Part shown: in pieces, positions 39,601 to 52,531 of the stretch | Position numbering within the stretch: position 1 is the stretch's first letter | Layout of the letters: the number at the start of each line of letters is the position of its first letter | Assembly: GCA_027604505.1 (NCBI GenBank) | Contig: JADIIX010000111.1 | Span: 1 to 64,000 of the forward strand | Direction of reading: 5' to 3' | Source: Gonapodya sp. JEL0774 | Lineage: Eukaryota | Length of the DNA stretch: 64,000 nt | Position numbers and translations under genes: made by a program | Notes under the pieces: model-generated | What the model saw: only the letters and a program-made list of their open reading frames with translations | The model's database searches: none | Told to the model about the DNA's origin: nothing

Positions 39601-41876
39601 TTACCTCACCTCACCGGTTTGCCTACCAGACCCAGCAACCCACACCACGACCAATCCACCAGGCCTCAGTCCGCACTGCCTCAACGTCGCCGCCGGCGAC
39701 CATCCCATGAACCGACCGGTCGGAGGATGCACGGTGCCCAATCGGAATGGGCGTAGACTGGGAACGAGGTCGGCGGTGGTGGTACTGGTGCTTGCGGCAG
39801 AAGCACTAACTGGTGGGTGAGATGACACTTGGGTAGCAGAAGGGGAAGAGGCCGTCGGTATGAGGCCTAGCTGGGAGCAAGCGAAGGGGTCTGATGCGAG
39901 GGTGCGTTTAAGACTGTCTACTGTGGTGTCAAGGCTTAGCGCGTTAGGTGTTTGAAAAGTAGATACAATTGCCAGGCGAGGGAGGTTAGAATTTAACAGG
40001 TGTTATGAATCACAAATTCTTGCCACAGCACTTCCTGCTCTTGGGAGGTAACTGTTAACTCACCTCCCCACCTCTACCACCACGTCATCCATATTTTCCA
40101 CATCTTCTTCTTCTTCTGCAAAGTACACCCAGCTCGTCCTCCCCCGACTTGGCTTCTCCTCTCCAAGGCACATACCGCCACCGACATTCCCGCCCACGTC
40201 CAACCCGCTTCCAGCAACTCCTAGAGATGAGACGCTCATGCAAGGCGCAGAGGGGGCAGGCTGGTCCGAGGGTGGAGGTGGTGCAGGGGGTAGTGGAGAG
40301 GGTTTGGGTGTTGCTCGGGGTGGGGGGCGGAACAGTCGGAGTACGACGGTGGGTGGTGGCCGGGGGAGCTAGAAGCGTGGGTGGATGAGGTATTCTCACT
40401 ATGGTAGTCGCGTATTGTTCAACGGTCAAACTCACAGTCCCGTACGGTACTCGGACAGAAGCCAAGGCCGCTTCCTTTGCCCTCTCATCGCCTTTGCCAT
40501 CAGCGCCCTCCTTCCGGTACATCAATTTTTCCGAGCTTGTCAACCCCGCCAACCTCTGCAGCAGCCCTCCCTTCCCCTTGCCTGCCGCGGCTCCGGCTTC
40601 CTGTAGCGCGCACTCCACCTCTGCGGCGTACACCCTAGCCGCGGTGCCATCATCGCCCCCCAAAGACGACGAAAGATTCTCGTAGGCATCAGCTGGAAAT
40701 CGAGTGGTGAGTGTGGGAGGTAGGTGGGGAGCATAGAGAGGAGGGAGGGACTCATTGACTTTTGTGAGTTGGTAGGTGTTGGAAGCGATTAGTCAGACGC
40801 AAAGAGAATGGAAAACACGTGCAGAGCATTACACACTCCCAACTCACGCATTTCCTCCATGGCCTCGTATTCTTCCTGTTCCACTCTGCGCCGCAGTTCG
40901 CGGTGGGCGAGTTCTGTCGGGGTCAGGCCAGCATTGGCGTATGCGATACCCTAGGGAGGTTTGAAGATATAGGTGAGGTGAGGTGACCGTTCAGCGGAAT
41001 TGAGAACGAGTGTGACAATACCGTAGTGTGTTTGATCGTCTGAGCCAGAAACACCACTCTCTGTCACCTCTAACCCACCTTCACGGCCTCTCCCCCAACC
41101 CTTCCCATTTTCGCCTGACTCAACATGACCTGCGCCCTCGACTCAATCTGCACCGACCGTTCTAAACTCTGCTGCTGTAGGAGTCGGTAGGTGGCGACCG
41201 CGCTGGCGAGCGTTCGCGACGAGGCAGCCGAGGCGGAGGTTGGGTTGTGCGCAAGGTGAGACTTGAGAGTAGACAGCTTTGAAAGTCAATGAAGCGGTCA
41301 GGAACATTGGTGGAATATTGGTTCAAGAGGTTCTCAACAACCCCAGAAAGCACTCACCAGTTGCTTCTCTCGGGTTGCTAGATCCCGTCGATCGCGTTCC
41401 AAATCTCTCTGAAAATGCATACGCATGAGAGAGGTTGATACGAATTTTGACATGTAGAAGAGATCGTGATGGTGGAGTTGCAACTCAGTGAAGCCACTTG
41501 ACCGCAAATCCAGTTGCCGAAGTCGAGCTACTCTTTTTGGAATATACACACATTCACGCGCTTGACCTGATGCCTGGTTTCTCTCAGCCTCTTTTCCCTT
41601 CCCCTGAGCTCTCCATCTGCCCGATCCCCAAGCCGTTCAGAGCAAGATAACCATCCAGGCCAGACAAACCCAATGCAGGGTGAAGTAAATGAGATCGTAC
41701 AGGTTCGGAAGAGCCCATTTGTATTGTAGGGTCACTTTGATGAGCGCGAAATTCATCAGCTTTGGGCCGCGAATTGTTCTACACACACCAGTGAACGTTG
41801 TCGATGGCTCGTTCCTTGGCGCGCGCGGGCCCAGTGCGCGTCTGAGCTTGTCAAAACCCGAAGCGAAGGCGTCCAT
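39601..41876 (-). CDS. ESCRT-III Snf7-family (CHMP2B/Vps2-like) protein with a C-terminal ubiquitin-like domain
   Basis: Phase-consistent GT-AG exons: 41616-41567, 41408-41358, 41276-41079, 40950-40848, 40758-40436, 40368-40064, 39934-39601. They translate to ELRGREKRLRETRHQRDLERDRRDLATREKQL...AQVMLSQAKMG...EAMEEMLNESL and ...VVVEVGSLDTTVDSLKRTL...TLRQCGLRPGGLVVV. The first one or two exons are uncertain. Confidence 0.72.
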
Positions 41877-42184
41877 CCGTTGATGGCTTGAACTGGATTC
41901 AATTGTTGTGATGAGGTGGATGAAACTGTTGAGCCGGCGCCCGAATAAGCGAACAACCTCGTAAAAACTGCGTAATCAAAGTTCACCGTTTCATTTCCAA
42001 ACCCGCCCATTCAAAAGTGCGGAATTTTCTCGAGTTGATGCTGAGAATTGCATCGCGACCGTCGCACTCGGTGATACTTAATCGGTTCTGTTCTTCCGCT
42101 CCTGGGTCTCGCTGCTGCTCTTCACCTCGCCAATCCATATCGTCACTGCCGCTTTCGCGCTTACTTCCCATCAATTTCACCAGA

Positions 42185-43986
42185 ATGGCATCTTCAAAGG
42201 ACACCCCAGCTGCGGAGACGGCTAAGCAGGACTTACCGGCCATCTTCAAAGTGAGTTGATTGATAAGACGAAGAAGAAGTCATCGAGAACGTTTACAAAA
42301 GAGCCCGTAAGAGGAAATTTATGAGGGTGTGATAGGGTCTTTGGATGGGTTGAATCCAGGAGTGATGACGTTCTCGGTGTTCGACCGTCCAAGGGTTCGC
42401 TACCGTCCCTGACTCAATCTTTCTATTACCCGACCCTTCCCCATTTGTGTTGACCCACACTAGTGGTCCAATCAGTCAGATGGAGTCTTCCGCCGCCAAG
42501 TATCCTCTTTCCGCTCACACATCGCCCGCGATCCCGCTGCCCAGTTCCAACCTGAAGCTGGTCGGTACCATCTATATGTTTCCTGGGCGTGCCCCTGGGC
42601 ACATCGTACTCTGATCGTACGCTCACTCAAGAAGCTGGATTCTCTCATTGACGTGTCGGTGGTGGATTGGCTGTTGACGGAAAAGGGATGGAGGTTCTTC
42701 CCGGAAACTCCCAATGCGACTGTGGATCACATCAACGGTGCACAATACATCAGGGAAGTGTATTTCAAGGCAGAGCCAGAGTATAAGGGAAGATTCACCG
42801 TACCGGTGAGTGTTTGCGAGCAGCTGCGAATGCAGTTCAGAATCCCCGGACCCCATTAATGGGAGAGCTTACCAAGCGCTCCAAAGTATGTATGTATGTG
42901 GATGAGATCTTAGTGAGCGGTAGGAATGAGGACTCTGAAGAACTTGGAGCGGTTCGAGAGTCCGCTCTCATGGTGTTTCGCGAATCGATTCTCCCCACAC
43001 CTGGTTCATCCACACATCAATCTTTCAGGTTCTCTGGGACAAACAAACTCAAACCATCGTCAACAACGAGTCCAGTGAAATCATTCGCATGTTCAACACC
43101 GAGTTCAACGACTTGATTCCCGCAGACGCGCCCAAAGCTGCCAAGGACCTGGACTTGTACCCAGCAGAGTTGCGCCAGGAGATCGACGAGTTGAATGCTT
43201 GGGTCTATGATGGATTCAACAATGGGGTGGGTGGTTAGATGGCTGATTTTTGTCTTATCAACCAGTACTGATCCGTTGGTGACGACTCACTAACTTTGCC
43301 TGATATCCTTATCAGGTCTACAAATCTGGTTTCGCAACCACCCAACCCGCATATGAAGCTGCAGCGGTTGTGGTGTTTCAGTCTCTTGACAGGCTGGAAA
43401 AGATCCTGGAGACCAAGGAGTTCTTGTGCGGGCCAGGCAAGGGTGTATTCACGGAGGCGGATGTGAGGTGTTGGACGACAGTGGTCAGGTGAGTGAGCAC
43501 GTCATGTCGCATTCGGAGATTGAGGCTTCGCGTTTGTTTGTTGATATTGATGTTCCCCCAACCATTGCTGCTGCAGGTTCGACCCCGTTTATCACACCCA
43601 CTTCAAATGCAACTTGCGCACGATCTCCAAAGACTATCCGAACGTGCTTAGGTGGGCCCGAAGGATCTTCCAGATGGAAGGAGTGGCTCAAACGGTGGAC
43701 ATGGTTCACGTAAGTCGAATAATGGAGGAATCGGGAGCACATTGGACACAATGCTCAAATTTTCCGACTGTTTCCCTGCATTTAGATCAAGAACCACTAC
43801 TTCCAGTCGCACATTAATGTAAGCCCCGCAGGCGTTTCTTCCACCCTGTTCCGTCGCCTCTGTTACATACCACTTCACCCGTCAATCTAGATCAACCCGA
43901 CCCGCATCGTGCCCATCAACAATGGACCGAATCTCGCAGCGCCCATCATTAAGCCGGGAACAGTTGGGGCGGGACCGACAGCCTGA
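42185..43986 (+). CDS. ECM4: Omega/Xi-class glutathione transferase (glutathionyl-hydroquinone reductase)
   Basis: DGVFRRQVSSFR, GRYHLYVSWACPWAHRTLI, GRFTVP/VLWD, IVNNESSEIIRMFN, NNG/VYKSGFA, RFDPVYHTHFKCN, HIKNHYFQSH, INPTRIVP. Confidence 0.95.
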
Positions 43987-45074
43987 CATTGAGTAGTTGA
44001 CGTGCACATCTCTGTCTTTTTGTGTTCGATCAGCAGGCGATTTCTTTCGCGCAACCGGTTTTTTCAGTAGGACAGAGTTTGGACACAGCCCAAAGGCTTG
44101 GTCGATTGACGGATATGCTAGTCTTTGGATTGTGTACAAGTCAATAATTCTTCAATCCACTTGAGTTGCTTCCCCAAAACTCATGGAGACCCATTTTCTC
44201 TCTGCCCACACTCCCAGCGATCATCTCTGTCGCACAATTTTCCGTACTGGGGTGTAGACGATGCAAGTACAATTTAAGGAAGTGACTAAGAGGGGAGGGC
44301 CCAGACAGGAGAACAAAACAGAGAGCCGGGATCGCGAAAGCACAGGGATAATATTCCCGAGACGTGTTCAGTAAGAAACAAAGAACAAAGTGTCGAGATG
44401 CGCAATCACCAAATGGAACTGTTGCGTCCACAAATATAACTCCCACCGCAGGGTTCCAAACAAGCTCATAACCGCATTTCTTCCCTTTTGGGCCGACCAG
44501 TGGTGCGGGCGCGCACCCTCCACAAGGCTAAACTGGCGTGGAACTGAAGGATTGGGGAGCAGTCAATTAAGGGGTGACGACGGAACGGGATTTGCTACTC
44601 ACCTCTTGGAACTTTTTGTGGGTAAAACCGCAGATCCACGACACGAGTGTGGAAATCGACGAAAACAGGTGACCTACACTCGGCCATGATGGGCAGAACG
44701 AAGCTGGTTACCACCTCAGGAAGCGGTTCCGAGAACCAACACTCAACACTATTGAAGAACTCTACTGCTCAGACCACTTGTGTTTGGATGGACAAATGGA
44801 GATATGCATCAGCAGCGTGTGAGGAATGACTTCAAAAGATGCATGTGTCATGCATGAGTGAGGCAGCACTGATACAGCACGTCAATGAATAAACAGACTG
44901 CCAGGTCTATGAAAGCACCCCGACCCCACCCATTCTCACAAAGTTTGTTTTTGTGTGATTATAAATTTCAATCTATTCAACTCAACAAACAAAATACAGT
45001 ATACCAAACAGATTTAGTGAGTTTCCATGGAGACTTCCTGGATCTTAAGCTGTTCAAGTCAATGTGTGTCAGCT

Positions 45075-46356
45075 TTCTTTCATCATCAGATCATACGCAG
45101 CTCGGTCAGCGAAGAGAACGATCAAATGATCAATGATGCTTTTTCCACACCTGATAAATCTGCTCTGGCTGCGTCAAGACCGTCTTTTGAGAATGTTGTT
45201 TAATGGTTCGGTCGACATCACCACTGGAAAAATCAATTGGCGATTCCCTGTCGCAGGAAACAGCGCGGACCACGTGGCGCTATCTCCAGATGGTCTCAGA
45301 GTTGCAGGGTCTGCTTTGACAGGAAACGCTATTCATCTACGCGACATTTACACAGGGAAGGAGCTTGGGAAGTTCAAGGGAGGAGACAACGAAAGGCCTG
45401 GACCAGCTCACTTGAGGTCACTGACGTGTATGAGGATCTCGAAGTACGTGTCTCTATCGCGCTTCCAACTTATGCAATAAATAGCGTGAGTGCTCAGATT
45501 CAAATGCTGTCTCGGAGCATGTGATCCCCTGTTCACCCTCATGCTTCTTAGCACACGAAAATTTCTGGATCAACGGTGCAGAGTACATTTGGAACATGGC
45601 GATTGGCAACGTCGAAACTGCACTCGATGATCCTCTCTAGGATTGGACAAAGGGTGACCGTCACATCACCATCGCTGATACGAACACGTAGGAAATTTTC
45701 AAGACCATCGACATGAGAAAACTACTCCAGCGTTCAGTCTCGGCACCAATTACTCGAATGCTGTAAGGCCGGCCGTGCTCTCATCCGAATTTTTCAAATT
45801 GTACGTGAATTGAATGCGGGCGAAGTATTTATTATTGTTTTGGAACTTATAAAAATTTTATGATTCTGCAACAGGTCTCCTTTTTCAATGGATTCTTTGA
45901 GTACGACGTTCTCCGGGACAAGATCTTAAGGAAAGCAACTCTCCCGACTGAGTATGTTGCGTTCTTCGCTTTGAGTTGGATTTGCGATGCATTCACACCT
46001 TCGTCACCTAATCAGTCGCATGTAGCCCCAACCTCACCACAGACCACTCAAAGTGGCTCCTTGAGTCTCTTCATCATGGAATCACCATGAACCCGACTGG
46101 CAACTTACTTTGTGCGGCGGGCACGATGGACTCATATGCAGCTGTGGTTGACATCACCACTCTGAAGCCCATGCAGCAAGTCCCTGCCACGAAACCGTAC
46201 TGGGCAACTATCAGCGGAGACGGCAACCATTGTGTGGTTTTTCTTGATTTCGAGACAGGTGCGAGTGTAAATAGCCCAAACATCGGTTGCCTACCATCCT
46301 CAACGAGTCAGGCTTGTTCATATTCCGGTGGGATGAAAGCCACTGTTGTGAGGTAG
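45075..46356 (+). pseudogene. Disabled YncE/YVTN-like beta-propeller gene
   Basis: Segments SRPSFENVV, DITTGKINWRFPVAGNSADHVALSPDG, HENF, DWTKGDR, AVRPA, QVSFFNGFFEYD, HHGITMNPTG, KPYWATISGDG. They are broken by stops (TAA near 45200, TAG 45638-45640, TAG 45689-45691) and by frame changes near 45205 and 45725. Confidence 0.75.
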
Positions 46357-46570
46357 ACACGAACTTCCGTTGAGTACCGGCTACCTTATCCTTGCTGAAC
46401 TCAACAAGCGAATTTGTTTCACATCAACACTGCTCAACCAAAAATAAAAATCACAAAACATAAAGCTAGCTAATAGCGATGCAGAAATGATAAGAGCGTC
46501 AATAAAAGCGACATTGAGCGAGCGTACTAACACAATGGAGAACCCCTTTTGATGAGAAATCTCCCTCTCC

Positions 46571-47507
46571 CTACATAATTGAGCAACGGGACATCCAATG
46601 CTCTACGGAAACCTCCTTCTCCACACGAACTTTTTCGGTACTGGGTGTCAACGTGTCATCAATCTTCTTTTGAAGGTGTTCTATCTTCCCAGGCAACGCT
46701 GTGCGTTCCACATGATTGGAGACCACTGAGTCCACGCGCTGGCGCCTTTTCTTTGAAAAGGCGCGCTCCGACATCCCCAGCTGCACATTGGATGCCGGCT
46801 TCATCTTCGTAGCATGGGACTTCCGTGCTGACGGAGGAGTGGCAGAGGTTGGCTGCTTGCTAGTCGCCATGCCACGAGAATACAATTTCCCTGAGCGTGA
46901 CGAAGATCGTGTCTCTCGGGATTCAGAAGGTGGTGATGGAGGTGCAGACGCAAATTGAGGAACAGCTATAAGGCCATTTGGTGGGAGTTCGCGCTTCTTC
47001 GATCCACTCCTACGCGCGCTTGTGGTTTGAATTTGCTCCTCCTTGGGAATGTCAGGGTATGATATCTCCCGTCTTGTCTGACTAGAGTGGGTCACTGATG
47101 TAGATCTTGCGCTTGACCCCACACCGACAGGTTTCGCATACGGATGGTGCAGCATGATCGTTCCCCTACGCCACTTGAGTCCACACATGTTACAAAGAAA
47201 AGAGTCTTGTGCGGGTCCTCGGCGCCACTGTCAGCAATACGTGGTTGCGATGTCAAACGAAACGATACCCCAGTCAGCCAAACCGGTTGCAATTATTCAG
47301 AAAAACAGAGAGCTGTGATCCACTCACAGGGCTGGAGTCTTTCACATGACAGTGAGCGCATTCACGTTTTGTCATCCCACCAGGGCTCTCCATGCTGGAA
47401 GAATCACGGCCTGTTCTACCTCTGGCTTTCGCAGTTCGATCGTCTTCATCGTCTGATAGAATCTTACGGCGAGGAGTGAACTTTGTTGCTCTCCGCGTGG
47501 GCGGCAT
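46571..47507 (-). CDS. GATA-type zinc-finger transcription factor (C-x2-C-x18-C-x2-C), finger split by an intron
   Basis: Joining ...CAHCHVKDSSP|GTGAGT...CAG|WRRGPAQDSFLCNMCGLKWRR rebuilds a complete GATA finger. Confidence 0.85.
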
Positions 47508-47794
47508 TGTCCAATCTAATACATGTATTTGTGGTGCCGGAGGTTCATAGCAAGGTGCTCAACAAGGTTTGGAACGAACGGCCTTCAGAATTGCTGTAAT
47601 TTTCGTTGCTCCCAACTCTTTTCACAAAATGCATTTGCACGTGTACTGGTTCTCGCTCTCGTGCTGACAGGTGCATAAATACATGTCGCAGATGGCTTCC
47701 CCTTGAACCATTCATGATTCTTAAATAATTTTAGTTTTTACGAGCACTATTCGCCTGAAAACCCGCTCTGTAACTGGGTCATATTATTGCCAAC

Positions 47795-50700
47795 ATGGAT
47801 GGACTGGTGTCACCTGGTGGAGAAGGCACTGTCGCAAAACCCGTTCAGACACAGTGGGGAATGGAAGTTCTCCCAGCGCGGGCAGATTCGCGGCAGCTGC
47901 TCATCGATACTCTTTCTCCGGATGCATTTCCGGATACGAAGTTTGCACTGGATGCAGGCGATGGGGGCCACGTGATTGGATTCGACGCGGATGAAGAGCA
48001 CAACACGTCAGAGAGGGGCCATCACGGCCATCACAACGCGTTTTGGGGCCTTCCTCCCACGCGAGCAACTTCTGCGAGTCCTCCACGCCGCCCGCGCCGG
48101 TCGTCAGCGGCCACCGTCCCCCGCTCGCCTACTCTTTCGGTTCCGGATTCGGACACGGCGGGGTCTTTTGTTTCCGCAACACTTAACGCCGCTCGGCGCC
48201 GCGCGGATTCGCTCTCTATCTCTCCGTCTCCAACGAAGTCAGGAAATCCGGCTTTTCATCCAGGAAACCTTTCTCCGGGTTACAACCTTACGGAAATCTG
48301 TGCTCCCGCTCTCCAGCAACATCGCCCCATCTCTCTGTTCCCTCATGGCTCTGGAAGCTCGGGAGGCTCTAGTGCTACGGATGATGATCTGCAGCGGGCC
48401 TGGGAAAGTCGCGTCATTGAGTCATCGGCAATGACACTCACGCAGTCCGCATTGTCAGTGGCGGAACAAAAGCTCTCCCATGGGCCTGAGAGTGAGCCTA
48501 TTTCGTACGGTGCTGAAAGAAGTAGCGATGAAAGTGAACGCCGGGTTGATGAGGGAGGTGAGATACAACAACGTTCACCTAACTTAGCAAAATTGCAAGC
48601 ATCAACAATCTCCGCCTCCATTCCACCATTGTATCCCTTTCTCTCTTTAAAGGTGCCATTTCCCCTCCTTCCTCGCCCAGCCCCGAATCACCAGTCCACA
48701 ATCCCTATCTTCCACACCCTGCGGCACCTCGCCAACCCCACACTGTCGATCGCGATACAGCTGTAGCGTCTGGAAAGTCCCGTTTTGCTCGGGCAGTCCG
48801 CTCGGTGCCACTTGAAGTGGCCATTGCCAGATCGAGGTACGATGCCAGATCGCCAGGGCATTCCAACATTGGTGTACCACAGCATTGCGGGTTTGGGACG
48901 AGACAGCCACTCGAACAGATGATGGCAGGTTGGTAGTGAAAGTGCCGATCGTTTCGGTGAAGTTGCGGATGTGGTTGGGTGGACATACTGACCACAATCA
49001 CAGGAAGACAGGATTGGAGTTGGGGGGCGGTTAAGATGCTAGGATACGTGCACAGCCTGTGGGGATTATTTTGGTCACCGGGAGATTGCCTTTGGGCTCT
49101 TGTAGGGTCCACGCCATAGTTTTGTCCTTTCATTTCTCTGATCACTTGCATCGCAACGGGCTTTACAGAATCATCATCCTCTGCAATCACGTCAGTAGTG
49201 GCTACGCTTGCACACCCAGACTCCGTTCAAGCTGTCAATGCACCACAGCGTAGAGCCTCCACGGATTCCGATGGTAGCAAACCAATGAACCCATACCTTA
49301 CTGGACAGCACACTTCAGTCCAGCACTCTTCCCCCCCTCGGAACGCCTATCGAATCCCACTCATTGACCTTGCTCCAACAGGCCCCTTGTACAAGTCTCC
49401 GCTCCTTCAGACGGGTTCTATTTCAGCCACGCGTGAGATTGCCGAGAGCATTGCGACTCGTGACCTTGAAGTCGGTACTAGTGGGATTCCTGTGCAGTCG
49501 ATGGAGGCATATGGGAGACGAAGGAGAACAACGAAGGATTCGGATGATGTCAATGTCATCGTTGGCTCCACACGAACTCCAGGGCCTCGCCGTCGAACGT
49601 TATCTCAGGACGAAGAACTTAACGGCACAGATTCACACACCACACCGCATTCGATCACCCCTTCCCTTACGACGACATTACGAACGCTCGTGCCTTCTCC
49701 GAACCAATCACCTAAATGCTCCCCTGCACGGAAATCGGCTGCAGGTAGCTCGGCACATTCTCGGCATTCCTCGGCTGACTCCTCCGACTCGCTGCCTCAG
49801 TCTGTCCATAGATCTAACCGAGGAAAGCGAACTCGGTCGAATACCAAGGACATTCATCGTGCAGAGACAAAGTCCAGCCAACTTCCGACCACCACCCCAC
49901 CGAGGACCTCCGGTGCAAAGCCTACTGGCTCTACCATCCGATCTCCTGGCTGGAAGCAAAGCGGACAGGAAAATGCGGATGTGTCTGGCGGGCAATCAAA
50001 TGCAGGTCGACCTTCTTTCTCGTCGAGTGTGTCGTCTCCACACCTGGTAAAAGCTGCTGCGACAGTCAGCAGTGCTTCTTCAGGCACGGGAAGCGTGGGC
50101 CAGCGCAGCCGGCGTGCTTCCGGACCTGGCTATACTTTGAGAGAAGATTTGGAGCTTGGTTTACTAGACCCTTCGAGTACGTTTGATAGAGTTGTGCAGT
50201 TGCTGTCATCAGATCTAAAGACCGTCAGGTCCCATCTGGACTCTGCTCTTCGCCGGGAAGATACCTTGCAGGTCGAGGTAAACACCCTGACCGGAGAAAA
50301 TACAGAACTCATGGCCGTAGTGCAACGTCTGGTGCGGGAAAAGGAAGTGATATTACGAGAACGCGAGGAATACAAGAGCAAATGTGCTGAGACCGATCAG
50401 GAATTAAATACCATCAGACATGAGATGGATGAGACACTCAATGAACTGAAGCTTGCAAGGAGAGCACTGCGGGAAAGTGAACAAACAGTGCGAGACATGG
50501 ACAAAGAACTGGAGGCTGTCAGAAATCAACTTGCTGCCTCCGAAGGTACCATTCGTATACTGCAAGCTTATGAGGGGTCCGCGAAGAACACAACCCGGAC
50601 ACGCTTCGAGGAGCAGGTCCCCTCGGATGGTGGCCGTTCGGCTCTGCCGACATCGCGAACCACTCCGCAACTGTCATCAGTGGCTAGTTCTTCACAATCC

Positions 50701-52393
50701 GGAAACGCTGCATTTGATGTTCCCCCTCGCAAGAACGCACTCAAGGCACCACCTCCTATCGTTACCGACCGGAGTAAGCTCGCTGCGATGGCACTTGTCG
50801 CTAATGGCGTGTATCCCGTGTCAATACCAGGAAGAATGGATAGTCTAGAAGCAGCGAAGGTGGATTCTGGTACTGCTGTACCTGCTGTGATTGTCACCAG
50901 CCCTTCTCCCAACTTGCTGATTGGCTCGAAAGACCGCTCGGATGGTGGCTCCTCCACAGAACCAGTAGCTCTCGCTGTAACTTCTTCAAGAGCGTCAAGT
51001 GAGAGAGAAGCTTCTCTTCGTCGTGGAGATTCCGGTGTTTCGACAGATGATGAAGTGCTGTTGCCCGCTTTGGATAGCAGAGCAGGCTGGGAAGCTGTTC
51101 CGACAGCTTCAACTGTGCCAGGTGTGGTGTCTGAAAGGAACGGCCATGATGTGGGAGACTGGGTTACAAAAGGTGGACGGAGAGGTTAGTAGAGTGTTGT
51201 TCATGATCGATCTCGAGGATTATCAACAGGATTCCGTTCTCGACCCAGATCCATATGATAACATCCCATCAGTTACTGAATCTGAGCTCGTTGCATATCG
51301 ATCCGACTCAGAACTCCAAGCACAACATAATGCCCTCGTTAGGCCAGGGGGAACGCGAAAGAAGCCTCGAGGTGCTCGAACGATGCGCGTCGGGAATGCA
51401 TCTGCTTTCGCATCGAAGCCTGTATCCGGATCACTGGGCCGACGTTCCGTTTCGCGAACATCATTTCGGACCACGAGGAGCAGGAGCAAAACAGCCGAGA
51501 GTGAAGAAGCGCCGGGGAAGTCGAGAGGAAGCAACGATGGGCGCAGCCCAAAGACGGGCTCGAATGAAACTCAAATCTTTGTGCCTCGACCGCCACCAGG
51601 AGCTAAGCCTGACGGGAGGGGTCGTCGCGACCGTTTGTCAGGGACGTGGATACGGACAAGCAAAAATGAATCAGATCTACCATCAAGAATGAGTGGCAGT
51701 AGCATTCGCAGTTCTGCTCCGAAGAAAACGCCTCCGTGGGAAAAGAAGAACTCAAGCGTAATCAAACCGTTCTCACTTTTCCATTTTGGGAGACGTCCGC
51801 TGACGACGGAACAATCTTCAACAACCTCGGCTCGCAAACGAACGAAAACTGCTCCCGCTGTCGACTTCAACCGTTCGATAGGGGAGTCTGTCAAGAGCTA
51901 CAGCACAGGATTGGATGATCTCGTGCAGGATGCTGAGGCTGGTTCCCCATTCCCCAGAAGCGCGACCTCCGGAACCCTTTCGAAGCTCTGGGATCGTGCA
52001 CGCGGCCGTCGTGCATCATCCCCCACTCGATCTTCTACACGCTCGCCTTCGCGGTCCCCTTCGCGATCACCTTCCAGAAGTGGCTATGGTGAAAGGGGCT
52101 CAATTGACACCGAGGACCAGGTTGCGATAGGGACACAAACGCCTGGTGCCGTCATAATATCGTTGCCTCATTCAGAGCGCAAGCAAAAGCGATCGAGAAC
52201 TCCCGGTCCATCAGGTTTGAAAGCTGCTTGGGCGGGCGTGAAAGGAGTTGTAGGACATTGGACAGATTCGGACAGTCGTCACCCCGAAAACGTTGGCGCT
52301 GGTAGTGGTCTCTCTGAGGCTCAACAAACACCTTTTGCGAGAGTGCTGAACAAAGTGCGGGTGAGGGGTAAGACGGAAGGAGCGAACACATAG
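47795..52393 (+). CDS. Large Ser/Arg-rich protein with a central coiled coil, function unknown
   Basis: Three long ORFs (47795-48766, 49198-51189, 50999-52393). A GT-AG intron near 51185-51229 joins the last two. Heptad region at about 50190-50570 and RSPS repeats near 52040-52080. Exon structure in 48600-49200 is unresolved. Confidence 0.6.
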
Positions 52394-52531
52394 AGGCGAA
52401 TTTATATTACGCCAACTGCCGATTGCTATACTGTCCGCAGTTCCATTCTTGTTGCCATCTTGCTAACGTATGATGCAGTTTATTATGTTATCAGTACCTA
52501 ATTGCATTAATTTCGTGCTCCACAATGGTAC

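Noticed and set aside
41630..41645. TGA ending ORF 41637-41876 as possible selenocysteine
   Set aside because: It probably lies in an intron of the ESCRT-III-like gene. There is no redox motif and no recognisable SECIS.
45638..45691. In-frame TAG codons as readthrough or an alternative genetic code
   Set aside because: The same locus also has frameshifts and a TAA, and other genes here use TAG as a normal stop (for example Tctex1). Pseudogenisation is simpler.
48770..48930. RhoGAP-like fragments (VPLEVAIARS, GIPTLVYHSI)
   Set aside because: They are in different frames, and no downstream GAP arginine-finger motif follows.
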